Assembly (NCBI GenBank): GCA_963666425.2
Contig: OY762825.2
Span: forward strand, 288,001 to 352,000
DNA length: 64,000 nt
Reading direction: 5' to 3'
From: Bacillota bacterium
GTDB lineage: Bacteria > Bacillota > JAAYKD01
The notes under the pieces are model-generated. The model did not search any database. It was not told where the DNA came from and saw only the letters and a program-made list of their open reading frames with translations. The position numbers were made by a program, and so were the translations under genes. This document shows positions 48,015 to 58,700 of this stretch, piece after piece; positions within the stretch are counted from its first letter, which is position 1, and the number at the start of each line of letters is the position of its first letter.

Positions 48015-49609
48015 CGTGGTATCCTCAAAGCAGTTTCAATTTGCTGCCGCAGAGGCTGCAAGCGCAGGGCGACAGGAGCAGCCAATTCTCCATCGGCAAT
48101 CAGCAGATCCAATTCCTGCAGCGTCACCCATTTTACCTGCTCTGTCTCCCCTGGCTGCAGAATGATTTCCTGCAATGAGATATCTTTTCGCACCAGAAAG
48201 CTATCCATAAAACAACTTTCTTCTTTGTGGCTGCCTAAAAAGTGTAATTCTTCCGGCTGAACTCGGATGCCTGTTTCTTCCTGCAGTTCCCGCCTGGCAG
48301 CTTGCCGCGCATTTTCCCCACTGCGTGCCGCTCCGGCAGTATTTTCCCAAAAACCGCCATATTCTTTCTTCTGCAGACTGCGCAGCGTTAGCAATATTTG
48401 TCCTTGGTTGTTAATGGTCCATATTTCTACCACCTGATGATAAACCCCTGCGGGCAGCGGCAAACCACGGAATTGTTTCTTGTGCAGGGAACCGCGTTGT
48501 TCATCCAAGAGGTCAAAAATCTCCAAATCATCCAATGTCCAGATGGTATAAAGCAGCGCACATTTTTCACCGGCAGCCTGCTTTTGATAGTATGCCGTCA
48601 GTATGCTGCCATCCTGACGCTCGACCGATGAGGGGTAACCCAAGTCGCCATCCGGCGCTCCGGTAAACAGAATATATTCTTTCAGCCAGGTTTCACCGTC
48701 ATCGCAGCTGAGCATGGCACGTTCTCCATAAGGTTCCTCACGATGACCGTAAACACAGACGAGCACCCCGCTGGAATGGCGCAGAAGATGCGGCGGTGCA
48801 CCGGCTGTGTCCAAACAAATCGGCAAACTCCAGGTTTTGCCGCCGTCGTAAGAATCGGTCTGAAAAAGAGTGAAGGAACCATATTGTTTTTCATCGGCAG
48901 CCGTGTCGCTCTCCTGATAACGCAGCATGCCGATAATTTTCCCGCTCGGTAATTCCAAAGCGTGCGGTTCAAAGAAATGATCCCAACTGGCAGCCTGCGG
49001 CAGCTCAGGTCCTCCCAAACAAGACCAAGTCTCACCGCTGTCGGTACTTTCATAAGCCAAAATCCGCTTGCCGGCTGGACTGTTGATCCCTTTGCCCAGA
49101 TAGAGAATACTGCCATCCTGTTTTAAAATCGGACCGTGCGGTGCAGTGACCGCTACTTGTATTTTTTCACTCCAGGTCAAACCGCCATCCTTGCTCAGGC
49201 GCAAAAAGGAACCCCAGTCGTCTTTTCGGCTGCTAATCAGCGCAGTATAGTCTTGAATCAGATCATATTCGGCTGAAGAAAGGCGGCTGCGCAGTCGTTG
49301 ATCGTAAGCTTCTATGTAATGATAAGAATTGCTGAACCAACTCAGCAGCAACCTGCCTTTGCCAAGATTCAGCAGACCCGCATCGCGGTCATCCATATAA
49401 GTATCGTTGACTAAGATAGGCCGGCTCCAGGTGAGACCTTCATCTTTACTGATAAAGAGTAAGGTTTTACCAAAGGGGCAAATATGATAAAGCCGGTGAC
49501 CGGAACAAACTAAAGCCAAAGTAGCGGCATCCAGTCTCGCCAGCGTTCCCCAGCCATAATAACCGAAAACATCCTGAGTGGAATTGACAATCACACCATG
49601 CTGCAGCAT
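48011..49609 (-). CDS. BNR/Asp-box sialidase-like domain fused to a Nudix hydrolase
   Basis: Five Asp-boxes (SxDxGxTW), DLGYPSS; C-terminal Nudix box GAARSGENARQAARRELQEETG. Confidence 0.85.
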   Translation of the reverse strand: MLQHGVIVNSTQDVFGYYGWGTLARLDAATLALVCSGHRLYHICPFGKTLLFISKDEGLTWSRPILVNDTYMDDRDAGLLNLGKGRLLLSWFSNSYHYIEAYDQRLRSRLSSAEYDLIQDYTALISSRKDDWGSFLRLSKDGGLTWSEKIQVAVTAPHGPILKQDGSILYLGKGINSPAGKRILAYESTDSGETWSCLGGPELPQAASWDHFFEPHALELPSGKIIGMLRYQESDTAADEKQYGSFTLFQTDSYDGGKTWSLPICLDTAGAPPHLLRHSSGVLVCVYGHREEPYGERAMLSCDDGETWLKEYILFTGAPDGDLGYPSSVERQDGSILTAYYQKQAAGEKCALLYTIWTLDDLEIFDLLDEQRGSLHKKQFRGLPLPAGVYHQVVEIWTINNQGQILLTLRSLQKKEYGGFWENTAGAARSGENARQAARRELQEETGIRVQPEELHFLGSHKEESCFMDSFLVRKDISLQEIILQPGETEQVKWVTLQELDLLIADGELAAPVALRLQPLRQQIETALRIPR

Positions 49610-49670
49610 AAAACACCTCATTAAAAGAACCACTAGGCTCTTCTTTCATTGAAACCAAACAAGAATTTAC

Positions 49671-49710
49671 AAGGGACTATTCTCCAAAGCGAAGAATAGT
49701 CCCTTTTTTT
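49671..49710. terminator. Strong hairpin with T-run on the plus strand
   Basis: AAGGGACTATTCT/AGAATAGTCCCTT 13-bp stem. Confidence 0.65.
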
Positions 49711-49761
49711 AGAATTGAATTTCGGGAAGCGACGGAAGGCGCGGTCAAGACCCGCTGCAAG

Positions 49762-49794
49762 TCTGTGCCAACACCCCCGTCCCCTTGGCACATT
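49762..49794. repeat. REP-like palindrome, copy 1
   Basis: TCTGTGCCAACACCCCCGTCCCCTTGGCACATT. Confidence 0.8.
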
Positions 49795-52700
49795 AGATGA
49801 GATTTGATTTTTGCAACAGTTGCTGCGCAATCACTGCTACTTCTGCACGGGTAATGAAGTCCCGCGGTGCCAGTTCTGTACTGCTTCTGCCGGAGACGAT
49901 TCCTGTACTGAGACAGGCTGCCACATCCGCTTTGGCATAACCTGCAATGTCTTCGCTGTCGCGGAAACGAACAAAAAGGGTATTGACATCGTCCTGTGTC
50001 AGAATCGGATACAGTTTGGTCAACTTCATCGCAGAGCCAATCATGGTCATCGCCTGTTCGCGGCTGATTTTGTCCTGCGGTCCAAATTGGCCGTTGCTAT
50101 AACCGGCAACAATGCCATAGTTACTGGCGGTTTCAATATATCCGCTATACCAGACGCCTACTGCAACATCACTGAATCGGCTGCTGCCGATCGTCTCCTG
50201 TAAACCCAATGCCCGCACCAAAATGGCAGCAAATTCAGCTCGGCTGATCGAACGCTCCGGCTCATACTGCGTGGTGCTGACACCGCTGACAATCAATCGG
50301 GATCCCAGGTCGTTGATGGCTGCGCTTGCCCAGTGGCTGAGCGTATCCGCAAACTCCATCGGATGATAAATTACGGCATAGGTACTGTTGGTCAGACTAT
50401 TGATCTTCGCATAATATTTTCCTTCGATGACAACGATCGTGGTTGGCACGTGGCTGAAGCTGCCATCCGAATTCAGTACAATTCCCGTGGTGACTCTGGC
50501 GGGGTCGATGCCTTCCGGTATGGCGATCGTTCTCTCCACATAACCGTTGAATTTGGCAACCTCCACAGTTTTCTCACCGCTGGTGCAGGTGATTGCAAAA
50601 TCAACCGGTTCTACCACGATTTGATATTGATTTCGGCTGGCAGTGTCCCGCACGATTCTCGCTGTATCATTGGAGGAGGAAGAGATGGTAATGTTGACCT
50701 GAATGTCTTTTAATTCAATTTGCGTTCCAAATTGCTGCGATACATCGAGGATACTAATCTGATTTGCCGGCAATGTATAGGTGATATTTTCTGTCCTAAT
50801 CTGCAGGACGGCTTCTTTCTCTTCCATGGCTTTCACTGTTTGCCCATTCAGGTTGCTGACGAAGATATCCGAAGTATTCGCAAAAGGTATGGTAACAATG
50901 GCATGATTGCCTTCTTGCGCTAATAGTCCCTCCAGACGGGTGTCGTCTACTAAGATCGTCTCGACGGTTTTCTCCTCTACGGTTGTGATCGCTGAATTTC
51001 CGGCATCCTGTTTGACACCATTCACTTCAATTATCACCGGTGAAGGTGGTATTACTGCATCTTCCATATCGGTCGTAATCGATTCTGGTGTAAAGACTGC
51101 CATATTACCCGCTTCGTCTTTGACCAGAACATTGAGGTAATAGGTTGTATGGCTTCTCAAATTACTGACGGTCACTTCCGACAGATTCGCAGTCCAATCC
51201 GTGGCGACACTACCGCTGCGCATTGCTTCTGTCACAGTTGCAATCGTATCCTGTAAGCAATAGATTACCCGATATTGTAAAGTTCCTTGTGCACTGCAGC
51301 TGTCAGTGGCCGCAGTCCAAGTTAAAGCAGCGGAATTGACTGCAATCTCCCCCGTTGTAAGTGTTCCGCCGGCTCCTGTCTGCGGTGCGGTTTGGTCATG
51401 CAGCGTCAGGATACCGCTGGATGCGCTGAAGGCAACCGCATTTCCGGCAATATCCAACAGGGCCTGAGCATTGCTCGGTTTGATCTGAATGGTTTCCAGA
51501 CCGGCTGGAATCCCATTCAGTGTAATAAATACTCGTAAAACCGTTTCTTCGCCGCTAAGGTCACTGGCGCTGGCTTCCAACAAAGAATCCGCTTTTTTAA
51601 CAGAGCTGATCGCCGCCGTGAGCGCGGAGCCGTTATTTTGTGCGAAAACAAGATTCAATTCAGCAGGACTCACCAGCCTGGTTAACGTGACCGGACCAAA
51701 GATCCCTTCGGAGAAAGTCAGGTCAACAAAGGAATTGTCTGTGCTTAAAACAGCAGCCGTGATCGATGGCAAAATGGTGTCAATGAAAATCCCATCGGTA
51801 GCTGCGCTGTTGTTCAGGGTTAAAATCGCATCATTACCTGCTAAATCCTTGATACTGGCACCGTTTAAGGTAATCGAAGCTGTTAACGCAAGGCCATCGG
51901 CATCATTTTCTCCTGACGCAACAGTATAAACAAATCTTAAAGCAGACGAACCGCTGCCAGAGAGATAAGCTGTATCGGCCATACTATTACCAACAATCAC
52001 TCCCAGGATTGGGTTGCTGCCATTTGGAACAAAGATGGGTTCTGAAAAATCTACGATGAATTCCAACTCATCAGCCGCGATATAGTATCCATTTGCCGGT
52101 ACGCTGACACTGGTAATGTAGGGTGCTATCGCATCCAACAAGATTGCCGCCGTGCTGCTGACGTTGTGCAGACGAAGATAGGCCGGATTACCAACCGTAT
52201 CGTGAATGGATGAGCCAATGATTGTGATCTCCGGAGCCAACAGAATACCATCGCTGTCAGAATCACCGGCAGAGACCGTATAACGGAACAACAGCGTATT
52301 CGTGTTGCTGCCATTGACGTAATTTGCCTCTACTGTTCTGGAGTCAAGGGTCACTGTTAAAAATGGCTGTTCTCCTGAAATAAGGATGAAATCACCGACA
52401 TGAACGGTCTCGGAGAACTGCACATAAAAGTCCAGGTTCTCCCCTGTTTTGTAGGTCTTATTCGGGGGCAGTGTCACAGCAGTTACGACCGGTGCGATAC
52501 CGTCGATCAGGATCCCATCTGTGTTGCCTGCATTTTGTAGGGAAAGATTGGCCGGATTTCCTGCTGCATCTTTCAGGCTTGCACCTGATGTTGTCAGAGC
52601 AGCGGCCAAGCGGATCCCGTCCGAGTCAAAATCCCCTTCAGCAACCGTATAACGGAAGACAAGAGATTCCGTTCCGCTGCCATTAACATATTCTGCGTTA

Positions 52701-55700
52701 ACGGGTGCAGCAGTAATGGTCAAGCCTAATAACAATGAGGAATTCAAAGAATCCAACAAGGATTCCAATTCAACCGGTTCCGAAAACACAACCGTGAATT
52801 CAAGCAAGTCGCTAATTCCATAACTGCCATTCAGAGGTAGGATCAGACTGACAATATTCGGTGCAATGCCATCAATCAGAACACCGGTTGAAACTGGAAT
52901 ATTGCTGATTGCATTCACGGCATCATTACCTGCCAGATCTTTGATACTGCAGCCGTTCACTGAAAAATCGGAGTCAATGTCGATCCCGTCATCGTCGAAA
53001 TCTCCGGAAGCAACCAGATAGGCAAAATTCAAAGCCGTGGAATTGCTGCCAGTCGTGAATTCAGCCCGGACTACTTGATTACCGATCGTCAATGTCAAAT
53101 AGGGTTTCATGCTGAGACCCTGCGTTAAGTCTTCCACTTTGACAGTTTCTGAGAAATTGACAGTAAACGTCAAGACTGATCCTGCTTTATAATTGCTATT
53201 GACCGGTATCACGAGTGAAGTGACAAACGGCAGAACACCATCCACCCTGACTGCCGTGGTAGATGCCGCTTGATTGATCGTCAAGTTTGCGTGATTTCCC
53301 GCCGCGTCATATAGAAGATAAGTTCCGTTTATGATTGCGCTGGCCAGCACAATTCCATCGGTATCGAGATCACCCTCGCAAATCGTGTAGCCAAACAACA
53401 AGGCATTGCTGCCACTGCCGCTGAGATACTGCGCTTTCTGCTCCGCAGATCCGATTGTCAGGCTCAGGTATGGTTTTGTTTCCGATACTTGCAGCAGATC
53501 TTCCACAGTGATTGTTTCCGTGAAAGTAACCGTAAAGATTAGTGTCTCACCAATACAGTAAGTGTCGTCAAGCGGCACGCTGAGCGAAAGAACGGCAGGC
53601 GCGACTGCATCGACAGTCACGAAACTCGTACTGGTCATACCATGCAGGGTCAGCTCAGCCGGATTGCCGGCAAGATCACTGATCCCACTGCCTGCCGCTG
53701 CGATTGCTGCCGCATAGGCTATACCGTCTGTATCCAGATCATTTTCCTCAATGGTATATCGGAAAAGCAAGCTTGAGGAGCCGCTGCCGCTCGCATAATT
53801 GGCCTCCGCTTGTCTGCCGCCAATCGTCAAAAGCATATAGGGGGTGTTTGCTTCGATTTTGACCAGTTCTGAGAAGCGAACCATAAAGTCGAGTGTCTGA
53901 CCGGCTGTATAAACGCCATCGGCAGGAACAGACACACTGCTAACCGTTGGTGTGATGGCGTCTACCAAAACAGCTGTTGTGCTGCCGATATGATTCAGCG
54001 TCAGCGAGGCTGGATTGCCGGCCATATCCTGGATGGTTGTACTGATTGTAGAGATTGCATTCGCGAGCTGAATCCCATCGGTATCCTGCTCACCCGCAGC
54101 CACGGTATATCGGAAAGTTAAATTCTCTGTATTAATACCATCCAGGAAGCTTGCCAGCACCGGAGTGCTGCCAATGGTTAAACCAAGATACGCTGTACGA
54201 GTTACATACGGCAATTCTATTAAACTGATCGGTTCCGAGAAATGAACTGTAAAGATCAGGCTTTCACCGGTAATATAAGTATCTGGATCTGGCACGCTGA
54301 CGCCGATGATCACAGGGATGACTGCATCGACTTTGATGCCGACAGTTGGAGCAATTGCATTCAGCGTAAGGCTTGCAGCATTTCCTGCTGCATCTTTGAG
54401 ATTCTCGCCGACAGAGCGCAGTGCAGCTGCCAAAGCAATGCCATCTGTATCCAGCTGACCCGCTGTAACGGTATAATTAAACTGTAAAGCAGTCGTTCCG
54501 CTGCCGGAGAGATAAGCTGCATCGACTGTGCTTTCACCGACAGTGACGTTTAATACAAGGCTGCTTTCATTCGGCAGCAAGACAGGTTCCGAAAAATTGA
54601 CGGTAAAGCGCAGAGATTGCCCGATGATATAAATGCCATCGGCCGGAACATGAACAGACACGACCACTGGTTTGACTGCATCAACAAAAACTCCCGAAGT
54701 AGATGCAATTCCGGTCAGAGCAAGCTCGGCATCATTTCCGGCAGCGTCTTTCAGCGCAGAGCCAAGATTGAGCGCAAGCAAACCGACTGTGATACCGTCG
54801 GTATCCATCTGATTCTCCTGCACAATAGATGCAAAATTCAAAACAGTAGTTCCGCTGCCGGATGTATAGTCTGCGTTGACAGAACTGCCGCCGATGATCA
54901 GCTCCAACTTGAGACCGCTTGCTTCTGACAGCCAAACGATTTTAGAAAACTGGATGCTGAAATTCAAACTTTCACCGGCAAGATAGGTATCTGCGGCCGG
55001 CACACTGACACTCGTTACCTGCGGCAGAACTGCATCGACCAGAACAGCGGCTGTGTCACCCACTGAACTTAACGTCAAATCCGCTTCATTTGTCGCTAAA
55101 TCGCAAATCTTACTGCTTACAGCATCAATCGGTGAAAGGACGGTAATGCCGTCACTGTCAAAATCGTTCCTGACAATCGTATAAGAAAATACAAGAGCAT
55201 TCGTATTGCTGCCGCTGCGATATTCCGCCTCTACGGTATTACTGCCTATCCTGAGTGGAAGATAGGCTTGACTGACGCTTCCGCCCAACAGACTGGTCAC
55301 AGCGACCGGTTCCGAAAAATGAACGGTAAAGAGCAGCGTTTCTGCCAGCTTGTAAGTTTTGGCAGCAGGAACGGTAACCTGAGTTATTACTGGCCGCACC
55401 GCGTCCACCAGGACGGAGGCAGTAGATTCAAGCGGCAGATTCGGATTGATTGTATTACCGGCAGCATCAAAAAAATCATAGGTTAGTTTATTTAATGCGC
55501 CGGCAACGACGATTCCATCCGGATCCAGGTCGTTTTCTGCAATGGTATAACGGAATAAAAGCGCACTGCTGCCGCTGCCGCTGAGATAATCGGCTTTCAC
55601 TGTCGAACTTTCGAGAGTGAGTTCGAGGTAAGGATTACCCCCTAAATTCGGGGATGGATTATTCAGGAAGACGTCTTCCGAGCAGTTGAGGATGAAATCG

Positions 55701-58700
55701 AGTTGGCTGCCGATGCTATAAACTCCTGCAACGGGTAAACTGAGCGAGCTGACGGTTGGCACAATCGCATCCACATAAATCAGGTTCGTGTTAATGACTT
55801 CGTTCAGCACCCGGCTGGCTTCATTGCCGGCAGCATCGAAGAGACTTTCTCCCGTACCGCTGATCAGTGTGCCCAAGCCAATACTGTCCGTGTCCGTATC
55901 ACCAGACAAAACGGTATAACGGAATAAGATCGCATTGCTGCCGCTGCCGCTGAGATAGTTGGCATGAACAATGGATTGACCGATCGTTAGGATTAGGTGC
56001 AGCGGATCGGAGTCCGGTCGGGTTTCTGTTAGGGTGACATTTTCAGAAAAATACACCGTAAAATCCAGCGTTTCTCCCATCCGATAGGTATCTGCAGCAG
56101 GCACAGTCACACTGGTGATGGACGCTGCCACTGCATCGACGGTCACCAAACTCGTATTGCCCATGCCGTGCAGGGTCAGCTCAGCCGGATTGCCGGCAAG
56201 GTCTGTCAGCCAGCTTCCCGCCGTTGCAATCAGCGGTTCACAGCTGATCCCATCCATGTCGAGATCATTCTGCAGCACAGTATAACGGAAAAGCAGGTTT
56301 GGAGAACCGCTGCCGCTGCTATAATTTACTTGTACTTGCCTGCCGCCAATCGTCAGCAGTAAATAGGGATTATTCGTGCTAACCGATTCCGAAAACACCA
56401 CCGTAAAGTCGAGTGTTTGACCGGTTGTATAAACACCATTGGCAGGAACAGCTACACTGCTAACCGTTGGGATTATGGCGTCTACTAAAACAGCTGTCGT
56501 ACTACCAACGTTATTCAGTGTCAGCAACGCTTGATTGTTAGCAGCGTCCTGAATTGCAGCGCCCGCCAAGTGAATGGCAGTCGCTAGTTCTACGCCGTTA
56601 TCATCTGCATCATCGGCTGCAATGGTGTAAGTGAAAGTAAGGTTTTCCGAACCGCTGCCACTAAGGTAAGATACTTGCACGGTTGTAGAACCGATTGATA
56701 GGCTGAGATAAGCCTGACTGTCTTGATCTGCCAAAACAAGATTGACAGCTTCCGAGAAGTTCACGATAAAGGAAAGCCTGTTGCCAATAATGTAAGTATC
56801 CGGACTCGGTACCGTGACACTGTTGACCACAGGAGCGACTGCATCCACTTGGACCCCGGCAGTGGAGGCGATTGAATTCAGCGTCAGCAGCGCAGCATTG
56901 CCTGCGGAATCCGTGATATTTTCACCGATTGAGGAAAGGGAGGTAATAACAATCCCATCCGTGTCAAGCTGACCTTCTAAGACGGTATATATGAACTGCA
57001 AAGAAGACGTCGCGCTGCCGGAGGAATAGGCTGCATTCACCATGCTGCCGCCAATGTTGATTTCTAAAGCGGAGTTACTTCCATTCACCACCGCAACATT
57101 CTCAGAAAAATTCACGTTGAAAGAAAGGGTTGCTCCGGTACGGTAAGTCGCTGCAGCCGGTACGTTAACGGAAAGAACAGTCGGTGCTTGCTGATCGACG
57201 GTATAGATTTCTCCCGAGGTAAATGCAGCAGCTGCAATCGCATTGCCTGCGCTGTCACAGATACCGGTGCCGCCCGCATTCAGATCCAGACGCAAACTGC
57301 CGCTGCCGGACACGGAAGAAAGCGTGACATCATAAATCGCTCCGCTTACGGAAGATACAGAGATGATGCTGGCGCTGACTGTTCCACTCGTGACAAGTGC
57401 GAAATCGTTGGTATCCACACCGGTAACAATCTTACTGAAGGTCACACGGTAAACCAGATTGGAAGCATTGGTCAATGACCCTAGAGGCTGTTTGCGCAGG
57501 ATGGAAGCAACTGCAGGTGCTGTGTCATCATTAATGATTACTGTTATTACCTGCTGATCGCCGGACTCAATACCGTTTAATATTGCAGAGATATCGATCA
57601 GAATCGTCTCGTTCTCTTCCACCAAGCCGTCATCGGTTGAGGTAATCGTAAACCCGCCTTCTGTCATGCCGGCAGAAATAACAAGAGATGCTGCTGCGGT
57701 ATAATCGGTATCACGTGTTGCTGTTCCGCTGTAGCTGAATGAAACAGTGGTATCTTGGCTGTAGGCGGCAGACAGCGCCGCAGTGACGGTTGCCGTACCG
57801 CTGCTTTCCATTATTAACGAATTTTTGATGGATAATGTCACTGTCGGTATGGTAGGATTCCATTGAGCATAGAGCGTTGCATTACCGAAAACAAGATAAT
57901 CAGAACCTACAATATAATTTGTTCCCGAACCGTTGCTGAGCGTATTCCAGCCGCCAAATTCCGCGCCTGATTTTGCCAACTCACCGGAATTACCGGCAAC
58001 AGCAATCGTCAATCCGGATGGATAAAATCCAGTATCGATCGGAGCCGAACCGGTGGTGTTCAGATTACCGTCGTAAGTGATCCGATATAAGTTTGTGATG
58101 ACCGGAGGCGTGAAAGCAAGGATGGGGAAACCAAAATTCTTTAGACTGAGATCAGCGTTCCAGGTTGTGCTGCCGTGATTCAGTGTGGTCAAGAATGTAT
58201 TGCTCTGTAATTCAGCAACGGTTTGCGGGATGGAATCCCCAGTTAATTTTCCTGCCTGACTGGAACCGACTCCTTTTGCTGCTAAAACTGTTGCATTACG
58301 AACGTGCGCTGCTTGGCTATTATGATAGCTTCGGACGATCGTGCCACCATCGCTGTAACCAATCAGACCACCTAAGTATTCCGCTACGCTGCAGGTCACA
58401 TTACCTGTAGCATAACAAGCTGTGATGGTTGTAGAAGGTACACCTGCGCCATCAATGCCAAGGTATCCGATCAAACCGCCGGCAGAAGGATATTCTCCTC
58501 CGTTTGCGATTACACTGCTTGTTGAATAACAATCCGTGATCGTGCCGCTAATCTGCGCCATGCCGAGCAATCCACCTGCGCTTGCATCTGTACCACCTTT
58601 GATACTGCCGGACGAAGAACAATTGTTGATCGTACTATAGGCAAAGGAACCCGCTATACCGCCGACATAGGTATAGTTATCCGCACTGGAAATATAACCC

